DNA of 64,000 bases, from NCBI RefSeq assembly GCF_009914755.1, contig NC_060942.1; one strand, written 5' to 3'. Below the pieces are notes generated by a model. That model was not told where the DNA came from, did no database searches, and saw only the letters and a program-made list of their open reading frames with translations. How positions within the stretch are numbered: the first letter of the stretch is position 1; each line of letters starts with the position of its first letter. This DNA is from the human T2T-CHM13v2.0 reference genome, Homo sapiens. The position numbers and the translations under genes were made by a program. Of this stretch, positions 27,863 to 45,015 are shown piece after piece.

Positions 27863-28683
27863 TATAAAAATTTTTTATAATGTAATTTTTAGTATCCTGA
27901 AATGAAATTTAAATAATATAACCTACCTACATACATAATTATTTTTTAAATATCACAACTATATAGAGAAAATTGATTTGTAGTATATCAGAAAGTAAAT
28001 ATTACGGGTATGTCTGTTCTAAAAGATGAGTTGTTGAGATACTCGTTCCTTTGTATAAAATGATCATTAATGTGACTGATACAAGTATGTTTATTGATGA
28101 TTCAAGTAACACTAACTGCATTTTTCGTCAGTGACATGATTTTTCAAAATTGTAAAGATTATTGGTAAATAGGAACAGTTCCAACAGACCTAATCATTTT
28201 TGTTTGTTTAATTAAAGTTGTACTAGCTCCTAGTTTAACTTGTAAAAAGCATTATATGTATGTGACCAGTAATCAGCAAGAAATAAGGAAAAGCGAATGA
28301 CAAAAAAGAAAAACTTGCATGTGTAGCTGGGAGATCAGCATCAATATCAGATGCCTGTTAGCCTTGTTTAACCCTTCTCTTAGCTGTGAGTTTAAGCCAG
28401 ACTTAAAAGCCAAGCATGAGTGGAAGAGCTGGGGGCCCAGCTATACAGGTAGGAAAGCTAAGCATGTAATGAGTGCTGATGATGAAACTTATTGCAAGCC
28501 ATGGATGGCTCCATAGGTTCAAGGCATACCATACTTCTTACACTCCAGAGTGAGTGGTAGGGCAAGTGTGTATATTTTAAGTACTCAGGCATTAGATTTT
28601 CACTGTTAACAAAATGGCTCAATATAAGGATAAGACATGAAAAGAACATAGGTAGGAGAAGATGAGAGTGCCTTATTCTAAAG

Positions 28684-28885
28684 CAAGCTTGTCTAACCCA
28701 CGACCTGCGGGCTGCATGTGGCCCAGGACAGCTTTGAATGCAGCCCAACACAAATTTGTAAACTTTCTTAAAACATTATGAAATTTGTTTGACTTTTATT
28801 TTTTAAGCTCATCAGCTATCATTAGTGTTAGTGTATGTGGGCCCAAGACAGTTCTTCCAGGGAAGCCAAAAGATTGGACACCCCG
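28684..28885. mobile_element. MER30-like hAT-Charlie MITE with 8-bp TSD
   Basis: caagcttgtctaaccc...aaaagattggacacccc; perfect TSD TTCTAAAG at 28676-28683 and 28886-28893. Confidence 0.85.
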
Positions 28886-28919
28886 TTCTAAAGCTTTAAG
28901 GATCAATCTGTGAAGAGAA

Positions 28920-29072
28920 GCTTCTGAGCAGATTCCCGGGCCCCGTCCCTGCAGATTCTAATTCAGTTGATCATGGGTAGACTTACAAATCTTTTTCCTC
29001 TCTTTCTCCCTCCCTCCCTTTTAAATCTGCTTAGGTGGTTTTGAGAAATAGCCAGGTTTAGGGACCACTGAT
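28920..29072. mobile_element. MER5-like fragment
   Basis: gcagattcccgggcccc...cagattctaattcagt...tttagggaccactgatcta. Confidence 0.55.
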
Positions 29073-29669
29073 CTAACGATCTATTCAACATGTGTTTAAA
29101 ATTACCTTCCTAATTTCTGAGTGATCGTCTTTTCTGTGCTTAAACATGTCCAGTGACAAATGAAATCACTCCCTTCTTAGGTAACACATTCCATCCTTAA
29201 ATACTGTAATTGGAAAGTTTTCTTTATACTAGGTTTATATCTGTAGAATTGCTGCCCATTGGTCCTAGTTTTAGTCCTTTAGATCATAAATCTCTTTCAC
29301 ATGATTAACTTTTCAGATATTTAGACAGCTGTCAGCCCTCAGTACCCTTCTGACTTTTTTTTTTCTCCTGCTGATTTTCCTCTTTGCTTTACTCTACTGA
29401 AGTTATACTGGCCTCCTTGACATTTCTTTAATAGTCCAGGCACTTTTCAACTGTAGGAATTTTGTACTCTATCCTCATTCACCTGTAACAGTCTCTTGCA
29501 GGTATTCTTAAAACTCACTCCCTCTCATCATTTACATCTCCTCGCAAATGTTAACTTCACAGTGAAGTTTTTCTTCAATAGCCTATTTAAAATTGCACCA
29601 AGTTCCCCAACCTAACTGGATCTTCTATCTCCCTCTGTGATTTGTTTCCTCCCAAAGCACGTATCACCT

Positions 29670-30025
29670 TGTTTTTTTTTCCTTTTTCTTTTTTTGAGAC
29701 AGAGTCTCACTCACTCTGTCGCCCAAGCTGGAGTGCAGTGGCATAATCTTGGCTCACTGCAACCTCCATCTCTCGGGTTCAAGTGATCCCCCCGAGCTCA
29801 CACACATACACACCCCCTCCTCTCCACCCCCCCTACCTCAACCTCCCTAGTAGCTGGGACTACAGGTGTGTGCCACCATGTCCAGCTAATTTTTCTGATA
29901 TTTTTCGTACGGACAGGGTTTCACCATGTTGGCCAGGCTGGTCTCGAACTCCTGGCCTCAAGTGATCCACGTGCCTCAGCCTCCCAAAGTACTGGAGTTA
30001 CAGGCATGAGCCACCGCACCCAGCC
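29670..30025 (-). mobile_element. Alu (S/J-like) with C/A-rich insertion
   Basis: Antisense Alu; extra cacacacatacacaccccctcctctccacccccc at about 29790-29835. Confidence 0.88.
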
Positions 30026-31744
30026 CCAAAGTACATACCACCTTCTAATACGCTATACAACTTACTTTACTTTCCCTTTTTTTTGTCTATTTTTTATTGT
30101 GTCTCTTCTACTAGATTCCAAGTCAAACAATTGTACTGATCTTTCTCATCTTTATAATTTCAGCCAAAAGAACAGACATTTATTCAGAGTAGGAGATCAA
30201 CAAACATAATTAAGTTCTCCTTCTTTCCAATTTCCCCTTCTTCAGAAGCAGTCATTTTCAATTCTTCATATTGTTTTGCTGTTTACTTCAAAAATCTCTT
30301 TTTAAAAATGTTTATGAGCTATCTATAAATTTTTCTTGACTTAGGTGTTTTTTTTTCTTTTTTCTGCTTTCTACATAGACGCCATTCCCATTTCCCTCTT
30401 CCTCCTATGTAGTGTATAATAATTTTGGTTAGATCACTATTGAGTTTTTATTTTATGATTATGTAAATGCAGTTCAAAGCTGAAACATATTGTAAACTGT
30501 AATTTTTCTTCCTATGCAAATTTCTGTTGTCCATAGTGTTTATGATGGACCTTTTTTTCATATGCTTAGTGTTCTTACCAACCACTAGTTCAACCACAAC
30601 GTTCTATCATTTATCTAAATGTATCAAGGTGTTTAGATGGGTTGTATCTTCTGTCATTTCACCTTTTCAAACAGATCTGTCTCAGAGGCTCTGATCTGCT
30701 TCAATTTGGACTCTGTCCTCTTTACCTGCTACGTAGTGGTCATCAGAGGTTCCTTTTACTGCTTTCCTTTTTCATATATCTAGGACTTCTTTTCTATTTT
30801 TTCTTATTTTGGTAGAATGCCTCCTCCAGTAGATTTCTGAGACGGAGTGTATGAGACCTAAAAAAAGTTTATTTTAGAAAATCACACATATATAAAAGTA
30901 GACATAGTAGTATAACCAGTTCCGTTGTACCCATCACTTGGTTTCAGCAGTTAATTGTGGCCATTCTTGTTTCACTTTATTTCGATTAGTCCCTCTCACT
31001 ACCATTTTGAGACCTTGTCTCAAAAAAAGAGTACCATTGTCATGCTTAAAAAAAATTAATGATAGGAAGCAAAATTTTTGAGATTTTTACATGTCTGAAA
31101 ATTTTTGTTGAAATAATAGTTGGAGAATATAGGTTTAGGTTGGAAATAATTCTCTTTCAGAATTCCAAGTCACTTCTTTTAGCTTCTAATGTTGCTGTTG
31201 AAATCCCACACTATTCTGAGTTTTCTTTTTTCCCCCACAATCCCCACCAAAACAGTGCTGTTAGTCTTTGTTTGTTTTTGAGATGGGATCTCATGTTGAC
31301 CAGGCTTGTCTAGAACTCCTGGCCTCAAGCGATCCTCCCATCTCTATTCTGATTTTTTATCTTTTCTGTGTACTCTTTAAAAAGAAAAAAATTTCTTCTG
31401 AACGCTTATGGGCTCTTATCTTTGCAGCATCCAGAAATTCCATAATGATGAGTTCTTTTGTATAGATCTGTTAACATCCATTGTGCTGGAGACTTAGGTT
31501 TTTTTTTTTTTTTTTCTTTTCAGTCCTTTAAGTAGTGGGCCATGTTCTTGATTTTCTTCACTATTCCCCACACTGCCTCAAATCCCCTCCTGCGTTTCCT
31601 TGCTTTTCCTGGAACTCCTATTCTTTATATGATAGACCTTCTAGAATAATTGCCCAGTTTTATCTAAATTTTCTCTTTACTTTTTGAGTAGATTTTCTTA
31701 GCTTTACTTTCTTACCTTCTATTTGTAGTTCTTTCTTAATATTT

Positions 31745-31918
31745 TTAATTTTTAATTTTTATTTTATTTTATTTTATTTTATTTTGGTTTTTGTTTAAAT
31801 AGTGACAGGATCTCACTATGTTGCCTGTGCTGGTCTTCATCTGGCCTCAAGCAATTAATTCTTTTTTGCTTCAGCCCCCAAAAATGCTGGGATTACAGGC
31901 ATGGGCTGCCACACCTGG
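31745..31918 (-). mobile_element. Alu monomer (FLAM-like) with AT-rich tail
   Basis: Left-arm-only antisense Alu. Confidence 0.75.
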
Positions 31919-32026
31919 ATACTATTTTTAATTTCTAAAGTCTCTTTTTTGTTCTCAGAATATTTCCTTTTATGGCAATCCCATTCTCATTTTATAGTTT
32001 TCACATCATTTCTTACCTCTAGAATA

Positions 32027-32234
32027 TAGTATGTCCTCACTTAACATTGTAGATAGGTTCTTGGAAACTGTGACTTTAAAAGAAATGACCTACAGCAGCC
32101 TTCAAATAACATCCTTTCCTTTGACATCATTTCATTTTAACAGTGAGGGGGAAAAATTAGCTTGCTTATACATCATTTGACTTAAAGTCACAGTTTCCAA
32201 GAACCTATCAATGATGTTAAGTGAAGGCTTACTG
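32027..32234. mobile_element. MER6B-like Tigger MITE with long terminal inverted repeats
   Basis: TA flanks; perfect 28-bp inverted repeat 32052-32079 / 32182-32209. Confidence 0.8.
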
Positions 32235-32949
32235 TATTCTTTATAATTTGATGATTGTGACTGTGATAGCATTGGCATTTTTTCTTTTTCTTTCTGTATA
32301 GCTTATTATTTCTTCCAGATTTTTTATTTCTTTTTTTAATGTTTTGTTTGCTATGGTTTCTTATAATTTATAAGCATTTCTCAGATGCCTTTTGATACTT
32401 GGTTATTTGTTATATTTAAGAGATGAGAATAAAGTAATTGGAAGCTCTGAGTGCATGGGTAGAGCTGTAGACTGTGAGCTTCTCTGTTAGAATGATCTGG
32501 CTGGTCTGTTTCCTCGAAGATGCCCTAATGTCAGTACCTTTAGGTCTTTCCTGTCAGGTTGGTCAGATTTCCTAAAGAAGACTCCTTAATTCTATTTTCT
32601 AGAATGTGTAATAGGGCTGACTCCCAGTGTTCTTGGAGCCAAGTAGATGACGAGGGCCTAGGCTGGAATCTGAGAATTTGGTGTGTATATATATTCATTT
32701 CATTATTGTACTCCTACTCCTAACTGAGCCTCGTGGCTCCCAGACCAGACACTCTCTGTTTTAGATTGTCTAAGCATTAAACCTCCAGTCTGCTGCTGGG
32801 ATGTCAAAGGGGTAATCACTTGACTGCTCAGAATATAGGAGAGAATGTTCGTATAATAATTTCTTAAAACGTGCTTTTAATCAGTCACTCCCAGAACCAA
32901 TTGTTGAGCCTTTTGGGAATTTTACAGTGTGAATCAGGTTGGTTCTAGG

Positions 32950-33140
32950 TCAGTACTGTCTAATAGCATTTTCTGTGATCGTGGAAATTGTTCTAAATCT
33001 GCACTGTTCAATATGGTAGCAAGTAGACATGTGGCTGCTGAGCACTTGTCTGCAACTGAGAAGCTCAGTTTTTATTTTTATTTTATTTATTTAAATTGAA
33101 ATAGCCACATGTGTCTGTGTCTACCATCCTGGACAATGCA
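32950..33140. mobile_element. MER3-like hAT-Charlie element
   Basis: ctgtctaatagcattttctgtgatcgtggaaattgttct...aatagccacatgtg...ctaccatcctggacaatgca. Confidence 0.75.
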
Positions 33141-33551
33141 ATTCTCAGCTTTTCCTATCATTGGCTTATGATTTAGCATTCTCAGGTCACTTTCTATTTG
33201 CCCACCAGCTGCCTTGCTTTCGTTTTTTTGTTTTGTTTTCTCTTCCATTCTTCTTGTCCTCATGTGTTTGTATCTTTAAAATATAGATATATCTTTACTG
33301 TAATTTTATGAGATTCTAGAAAGGAGCAGAAATAGTTGCAAGTGTTGACTTTACCATCTTTAGTTAAGTGGTGTTCTTTATACAGTGTGATTTTAAGGCT
33401 TCTGATCTAATTCCTGTCTTCAGACTGCATTCCACTTAAATCATGATGCCTAGCTGTTTGTTCATTCATTCTAGAAATTCCGATTCTATTAATGCTACAT
33501 ATGACTTCCTATCTTTTGATTTTACATCTATATCAACATTGTTTCATATGA

Positions 33552-33731
<180 letters not shown>

Positions 33732-33788
33732 TTATTTTGCTTTGCTTTAGTTGTATACTTTTCATGTTTTATCTCTAACTTATTTTAA

Positions 33789-34152
<364 letters not shown>

Positions 34153-34211
34153 AACACTTAAATACTTATTATATTATTGGCTTAGTTATTGACTTGAAAT
34201 TATTATCTTTG

Positions 34212-34614
<403 letters not shown>

Positions 34615-34754
34615 TCAAAAATATGGAAAATGAAGAAGAGAAAATCTCCCATAATACTGTCACCTACAAGATAACTATTATTAACATTTTGGAATATAAC
34701 TCTTCCTCACCTGCTTGTGTGATATGTGTTTTTCTCTTCAACAGTCACAAATAA

Positions 34755-35075
<321 letters not shown>

Positions 35076-35175
35076 TGTAATTTTTTTTATGTAATACATT
35101 GTGAATTTTTACTAATAATTTTTTTAATGCCAAAAGGAAAATATGAGGTGACTTTTTCTCCCTTGTATTTCTTGA

Positions 35176-35499
<324 letters not shown>

Positions 35500-35857
35500 A
35501 ATGATTGGCAAATAAATTTTGATGAATTTAATTTTTCATCAAAAATATTATTGAACACTCACTATGGGTGACATACTGTGCTGAGCAAAGCAGCTGCAAA
35601 GTTGCTTCAGGTATAATTCTACCCCTTGGTATTAGACTAGGGTTCATATTTTGACCATAACAAATTAAAACAAGGTCAGCTTCTTCAATAAATAAGTTCC
35701 CTTAGCATGAGTTTAAAATTGGCAGATTTTTATAGAATTGCAATCTGAAGAAAATGGTGGTATAACATGATTTCAGCCTATATAAGAATATGTTAAAGGT
35801 ATAATAACATCATTAATCTAGTTGATTTTCACAGTATTTGCCAAGTCAGTTCCTTAA

Positions 35858-36097
<240 letters not shown>

Positions 36098-37079
36098 TAA
36101 GACCTATTAGTAAATTGGTTGTAATTAAATGGATGGTTTACATATATTTTTCCTTATTTAGTAAAAGTTCAAATGTCCTTTTTTGTACTTTTTGTAGATT
36201 TAATCTCATGCTTAATTTAGTAAGAAATAGGGTACAAAAAGGTTGTGCAAATACTGTCCACATTGGTCTTAAGTCATCAGTTGTAAGACAAGAAGCAGGT
36301 GGTGTTTTTTTTTTTTGGACATGTCCATATTTGCTTCTTTGGTTTTAATCTTTATTTCATGTAACCTTAATACTTAGTAAAGTTAAATACAAAGCAGACA
36401 ATTTATTGTTCTACACTTGTTTTCTCTCTTGGTATTTATGACATACTGTTTTCATAAGTATACTATTTTCAGTTTATTCTCCTTACCTATTGAGTGTAGA
36501 GTTTTTCTACATTCTTAGCCGCCTTCTTTTATTCTTTTAATACTTCTGTTAACCTTATTCTCTTATAACTATTTATTTCTTTTGGTGACCATTACCTGGA
36601 TTTCCCATAAGCAACTCACAATCAATATATTCAAAATCTAATTAATTATCTTCTTTTCCAAACTAATTCTGTCTTTTATTTTTTTCTGTTAATTATATTG
36701 CTACCCTGTGGTTATTCAAGCAAGAATATTGAATATATGCTCATTGTTTTTAAAAGAGGTAAGAAAGAATATAGCTTTATTCTGCTCCCAGAGGTAACTA
36801 CTGTTAATAGTCTGATACATATCTGTCCAGGTCCAGGTTTTTCTGTCTCTGTGCCTTGTTAGACCCCGCTTCCCTCCCTTCTCTTTTGAATTTTAATGTT
36901 ATCATACCATACTTTGTGTTCTAATGTGTTACTTCACTTTAGACTATGTCTTGGAAGTCTTTACATGTTAATATGTCTATAGATTCTGTGGTGTATATGG
37001 GTGAACGTGTGCATACATTTATTTAGGAATGTAAGAATATTATCAATGAGTAGAAAATTGTTACATCTCAATAAATATG

Positions 37080-37400
37080 TAGTTGTTCCTTGTCATCTGT
37101 AGGGTATTGGTTCCAGGACCCTGACGCATACCAAAATCCTTGGATGCTCAAGTACCTTATATAAAGTCACATAGTATTCGCATATAACCTACCCACATTC
37201 TCTTGCATACTTTAAATCATCTCTAGATTCCTTATAATACCAAATGCAGTCTCTACGCATCACTTCATTTGTGTGAATTAAATGTAGTATTCGGTGTCTG
37301 GCAAATTCAAGTTTTGCTTTTTGGAACTTTGTAGAATTTTTTTTTCCCAAATGTTTCCCATCCACAGATTTAGAACTCACAGATATAGAAGGCCAACTGT
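37080..37400. mobile_element. MER2-like Tigger element
   Basis: ttggttccaggaccc...ccaaaatccttggatgctcaagt...cacagatatagaaggccaactg. Confidence 0.8.
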
Positions 37401-38587
37401 AGTTGAGATCCACAGTAATATTATTGTTAGTACTACTGGAAATAATCTCCAATAATGTCTACATATCTAATAGATTTCCAGCAACTTTATCTAAAATAGA
37501 GCCAAAAACTCCAAGCAAGCAAAAAAGCTTATCTAGGTGTTAAAGTATAAGACAACGTTTTTTTAAATGGCTGCATTGTATGCCATAGTATAGGTGTCAA
37601 TTTTTTAGCTATTGTCACTTTAATGGACTGCTCAACTTTTTGTTTGAATGTTTGAGAATTTTTATTTTCTTACATCCTCTTCAGATTTGGGCAAAAATGT
37701 ATTAATAATATTCAATCTGGTGGGTGAAGAATGATACCTTTTTAAAATTGGCATTCCCTGTTACTGTTCCAGTCAAGTATTATTTTATATGATCGTCTTC
37801 TTGGGTGAATGGCTTATTTATTCTTTGCCCAGTCTTAAACTGCCCTATTTGCTGTTTGTATCTTTTAATTTAGTGAATAACTAAGAGTTATTTATATATT
37901 ATGGAAGGATTATTACACTTTGGTAGATATGCTGTGCATATATTTTCTACTTTGCCATTACCTGTTGACTTCATTTTATAACTACTTGACAAGTGGAAGT
38001 TTTGTATATTTTCTTACCTTGTTTAGGAAGGCTTTCTCTATCCCCAAGAATATAAAAATACACACACGTAAATTTGCATATTTAATCCATCTGGAATTTT
38101 TAACATGGAATGTGAAGTAGAAATTTACCGTCTTTAGAATTTGCAGGCATTCATCCTCAAGCTTACTGTCTCACAGTCAAAAGATGGCAGGTACTTTTTC
38201 AGGCCTCGTAACTGCATTCATACAAGAAGGAAGAAGCAGCAGCAAAAGGCTGAAATGAGCATGCCAGGAGAGTCTTTAAAAAAAAAAAAAGCTTCTTTGA
38301 ACACCCACCCAATAACTTTTGCTTCAGTCTCACTAGCCAGGAACCACCCCGACCCTCCCACTCACTCCATCATTGGAAGATGACTAAGGATTTCTGAGGT
38401 CTTTCATTAGCTTTATTTTGCTGTAGATTGTCTAGGTAAAAATATTTGCAAATAGTGACAATTTCGTCTTTTCTTTCAATTATTTTTACAGTTTCTTTTG
38501 GTGATTGTTTTTCTTTACATACTTTATTGGCCTAAGGGGCTTTAGAATACTGCCCAGAATAGCAGTTGATACATAAGGGAAGACTAG

Positions 38588-39071
<484 letters not shown>

Positions 39072-39200
39072 CCAGTGTTTAATTTCTAAAACAGACAGGC
39101 TTGATATGTTAATGTTTTAATTGGGGAACATACATTTAAATCATCATTTTGTTCATTCAGTTTTTCTGCCAGCAAGGTTCTGTTACGATCCAAAGAATTA

Positions 39201-39829
<629 letters not shown>

Positions 39830-41579
39830 TAAGAATTTTAAAGCACTTAACTTTGATGATCTTCTCCACTTACATTCTGCTCTTGCCCAGTATTTCATTT
39901 CTGTATAGTTTTGGGGTTTTTTAGCCCTACAAGCTAGATATTTTTTTAAAAAATTACCTTTAAGTAAAATTACCTTTCAATTAGCCCAAGGGAGAATCCT
40001 TGCTTTGCTGATAATAAATCTTACAGGGACCCTACTCTAATGACTGAAAATGGGAGGGAAAGACACCTTGCTAGAGAGCTTTTCCGTATGGATAGTTGGT
40101 CTTCTGAGCGTGAAAGCGCCTTTTCTTGTGTCTACTATAAATTACTTGGGAGCACTGCTCTGATTTTCTTGTCTCGGTATTTATTAATGACTCCTACGTC
40201 AAAACTTTTAGAGATCTATCCTCATGACTTTAGCCTAAGGGCAACTATTAGGCACCTTTTATTTACCCGTTTAGCAATTTGTGGGCCATGTTGCCTCTGA
40301 TACTAGAATTGGTATGAGATTCTTCTAAGAATACTCCCTTTTTTAAAGGCCCTTTTTCATTGGATTTTACCATCAATCTGAGCCTATTTTTAAATAATTC
40401 AGAAATTTTTTATAGTTCTGATCTGTTAGTGACACCCTTTCTGGCTTTTTAATACTGCAGTAGACTTATTTTAGAGTGTTGTCATTTTATTTGGATTTGG
40501 AGAGGGAAAATCAAGTAAACCATCTTAATCAGAAATCTAAGGTCATCTTTGACTTCTGTGAACCCTACAAAGGATGAGTTGCCAAATACTATGATTCTGC
40601 CTCTGTTACAGTTCTTCTACTGGTCTTTACTTCCTGTTTATCCACCTCTACATAGGTCCAGATATTCATTTCTTTTAATGACCACCTGACTTTTTGTCTT
40701 GTCAATACTTTCTTCTCACATTGGTATATGCTATATGTACTAACAAATCAGTCTTCCCATCATTCATCTATAAAAAATGATTCCTGGTAATCTATAAGAT
40801 AAAGTTTTAATTTCTTAACCTGCTATTGAAAACTTTCTACCGTTTATTATACCCAGTCTTTGTTCCACTGATTCTCTCTGTAGAATAATCTCCTGTCCAG
40901 CTCAGTTGCCCTTTTTTTGATGAATGCCTTCCTGATCTTCTCAAGGGCCCAAAGTAACCTCTTTCTCCTTGGAAATTTCCTTAGTACTTTATTTGTACTT
41001 CTCGATTGCCCTTGTCACTTTTAAACCTATAAAACATGTTTATGTAGTATCTTGTCTCCTTTGTTAGACTGCACATTGCTTTAGGTCACTGTCTATATCT
41101 TAATTTTTTTGGATCCTCCACGAAAGTAGTTTAATAACCTCACATGTTGTAGATAGTCCAGAAAATTTACTCAGTGTAAGAAAATATGTTTAGATTTATA
41201 AACCACTAAATTATTAACAAATTTTAGAGTACAATTAACCTTCTTTGGTGAAAGTTGATTGTATTTACTGTGACCTGATTTCTGGGATCCACTTCTTTTA
41301 CTAAAACACATGCTTAACCAGTGACATCATACTAAGCATTGATGAGAGTTTTATGCTGGTTCCAGTAGAAGTTACAGCCCAAAACTGGATTTCTGCTTTA
41401 CAAATTAAATAAATACAGATAGGAAAATTTGGTGGAGATTCAAACAAACAGATACTCTTCAATGGATATATTTAAGTTAGTGATAACCATAATTATTCAT
41501 GAAACCTAGAGTATGACTAAGAAGAAAATTTGATTTGATAAATGTGCTTGTTATAAAAATTACACTGATATTCAGCGTT

Positions 41580-41884
41580 TTTGGTGTTTTTTTGTTTTGT
41601 TTTGTTTTGTTTTTGAGACTCTCCGCCACCCAGGCTAGAGTGCAGTGGCACTATTTTGGCTCACTACAACCTCAGCGTCCTAGGTTCAAATGATTCTCCT
41701 GCCTCCACCTCGAATAGCTGGGATTACAGGCATGCGCCACCATGTCCGGCTGATTTTTGTGTTTTTAGTGGAGACGGGGTTTCACCATGGTGGCCAGGCT
41801 GGTCTCGAACTCCTCACCTCAAATGATCCACCCACCTCCGCCTCTGAGTGCTGGGATTACAGCTGTGAGCCACTGCGCCTGGCC
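41580..41884 (-). mobile_element. Alu (S-like)
   Basis: Antisense Alu with (TTTTG)n head. Confidence 0.9.
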
Positions 41885-42279
41885 TATTTTATTTTTATGA
41901 TCAAATTAATTTCAAGATAGAGACTCTTGCTAAAATGGTATTTGAAATTAGTAGGACTGAGTAACCAGATGGAATGCTTTCTTGTCCTCAGTATGTATAA
42001 TTATACTCCCTAGTACATGAAGTACCCTCTTTTGCCTGCAAGCATTACATAAAATTATCAGTTAATCAGTTACATGGAACTGGCACGGTGTGAGATGTAG
42101 TACTCCCTACCTAGTAACGAATTAGTTTTGCGCACACTAGTGTTAACCCTGAATAAACATTATGATTTAGGATTAGAAGTACTAATTTCTTCATACATGC
42201 TGACATATTTTATTTGAAAGCCTAACATAGATGTTAATATAAATATATTATTTGCCTTCTTTTTCACATTGTTTTTAAG

Positions 42280-42346
42280 TGAATGAAAGGAATACTCTAC
42301 AGGAAGAAAATAAAAAGCTTTCTGAACAACTCCAGCAGAAAATTGA
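42280..42346 (+). CDS. RBBP8: RBBP8 coding exon 6 (MNERNTLQEENKKLSEQLQQKIE)
   Basis: Acceptor gtttttaag|, donor GA|gtaagt; 67 nt; frame continuous. Confidence 0.96.
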
Positions 42347-42839
42347 GTAAGTATTTTCCTCCAACCTTGTTATTTTATTTTACTTAGCTATACAAACCAT
42401 GAAGATAACTGTAAGAGTTGCAGATTTCATTTTAAAAATTATGAAGTGTTCTGTAGTTAAAAAATACAAAGAAAATCACTACATTTTTGTGTTTTGAGAG
42501 TATAGTGTGAATGCATCTCTTAGATTAGTGCTTGAAGAAAGTGTCAACATTGTAATTAAAACATTTTAATTTTTATAATGATTTATTATAAATAATACAT
42601 TATTAAAATACTTATATTTCAAACAGATGTTTGAGTTTTGTTAGCTCCCTTCCAGCCCTGTCCCAGAAGCTTCATAAGGGCAAACTGAATAAGTGTTTCC
42701 TCTTATATAGTACTCAGGCCTGTAGAACTTCTTCCTTCCTCTATTTTTCTCCCTTTTCTCCCCATTTCTCTTAAAGAATAAAACCAGTAACTTTTATCTT
42801 GTGTGCCACTTCCTCTTGTGTTTTATGTTTATTATTTCT

Positions 42840-43010
42840 AATTCTCACTGTGACTTTGCAAAGTAGTTTTATTATCCCCACTTTACAAATGGGGAAACCA
42901 AAGGTCACAGTCAAATAACTTGCCTGTCGTCTTACAGCTGGTAGGTAATAGGACTGTCACTCAGACCCATATTTTTTCTGAAAAGCCTCTTTTCTTTCCA
43001 TTATCCAACA
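42840..43010 (-). mobile_element. MIR fragment
   Basis: attatccccactttacaaatggggaaaccaaagg. Confidence 0.7.
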
Positions 43011-43517
43011 CTGTCTCAAAAGAAGAATATTTTTCTAGATATGATCTGACTAATGCAGAGCAGAGCAGAGATATGACTAACTTTTAGTTCCCATTTATAT
43101 AAAGCTTATATACTATTTTTGAAAACTTAGGATTCAGGATAATCCTAATGGCGTTATAGCGTTCCTAAAGATCCTGTTGCGTTTAAGTAGACATCTACAA
43201 AAACTTCAGTAAAACTATGTAGATGTAACATTATTTTGGCTTAGAATAGTTATTTTTGTATGAACACATCTCACAAGTAGAATTATCATTCTTACTGGTA
43301 TACTTTTAGGATAATGGATATCCAATAGAATTCTGATATTCCTCCCATGTGATTGGTCTACTGAATACTGATAGCCAAAGGGAATTTTGAGGAGAAATAA
43401 TAGTCAGATGAGGAAAGGAACCTATGAGATCAGACTGATGTTATAAAATGTTTGTAAGAAAATGTCAACACTTTCTAATTTTAATAACGCTGTATAATGA
43501 AGAGAGAACACAGGACA

Positions 43518-43830
43518 CAGATCCACAATCTGTTACATAGAATTCCAAAACCCAAAAGGTTATTTTTGAAATGTTGTTCACAACCTAACCTCACTGCAAT
43601 GGCAGAATGCTGTTTATAGTCTTTATCCCACTTCATGTGAGTATTCATATGTTTTGCTGTGAAAATATCAATGTGTTTGATTACAGGATGATGCTTCAGA
43701 CTCCACTGGAGCTGTTATGTAATTATGTATATATGTTCTGTATTACTGTATTACTTTCATTTTTTTAAAAAAATATGAATTTGGAATCCCGTCTGGTTCC
43801 AAGGATTTTAGATAAGTGATTGTTGACCTA
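43518..43830. mobile_element. MER46/Tigger4-like element
   Basis: Ends tccacaatctgttacatagaattccaaaa... and ccaaggattttagataagtgattgttgacct are approximately inverted. Confidence 0.55.
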
Positions 43831-45015
43831 CATTAATTTATGTGAAGTGATTATGTATGTACGTAGCTTATGGTATTTTGAACACATCAGCCTTGATCTT
43901 TATGAGTACCAAAGGGATGAGATACCAAGTGTGTAGAAGTTAACACAGAATTAGATAGACGATTGCCTCAAAAACCAATGTGTATAAGTTAGGTTGAAAC
44001 TATATCGTGTCATTTGCTTGGTAGAAATATGAATTCTAATTAGTTTAGAATTTATTTTTAGTGTTCTCAAGCACATGCATTTTTCCTGTTGAAATTCAAA
44101 TTTTAGAAAAGAAGTGAAGGCTAAAGTTTGAAATTACAGGAAAGAGTAATCATATAGATGAGCTTAAGGCATGTATGTTTATTTAGGACATGCTTAGTCA
44201 AAAGAGTATAGGAGATGATCTGATTGTGTCTTTTATTCTCTTCTGAAATATAAGATAGTTGTGATTCTCATGAACCAACTTCTTCTGTAGCTTGGTCGCA
44301 AAGAAATTGCATTTTGCTCAGCAGTTTTGTTTTGTTTTGTTTTGTTTTTAAAAAAGCAAGTATCATCTTGTAAAGGCAACCTAATTTTCTCTGATCACCT
44401 AAACCACTGTCATATTATGCTATTTGTGCCTGAAATTTCCCTGAACTTTAGAAGAAAATATTATTTGACTTCTGCTTGTTAAATGCAGTAACTCTAACTC
44501 TTCTGAGCTAGTTTTGATGTTACAAGATGGCTTATATGATAGGGCAGTTATTAGTGACACCAAAATTATTCAGTAAAATTTTGCCACTATAAAGTTAAAA
44601 ATGTGTATAAAGCTAGGTATTGAGGTCATCATTCTTTTCGTTTTAGAAAATAGATGTGATGGGTCAGTGAAAGTCAAGGGAGTCTATACACGTAAGAGTT
44701 CAAAGGACTGTAGAACTCATTGCATTCAACCCTCTTCTAAATTGAATTCCTTATACAGCTTCTTTAACAAATAGCTATTGTTTGAACACGTCTAGTAGAA
44801 GTTTACTGTTTCCCAAGCCTATTTAAATTTAGTGAGACAAAATTATTAGAAAATTCTAAGTTTATAGAAATTACACTGCTTATAAGTTATATTTCTTGAT
44901 TATGACTGCCTTCCAGGACCATCTTAAGCAAGTCTCTTCTCCTGTGCTACTTGACGACTCTTTTGATACATGAAGACAGCTATCATGGCCCTCCTGAGTC
45001 TTGTTTTCTCTAGAG

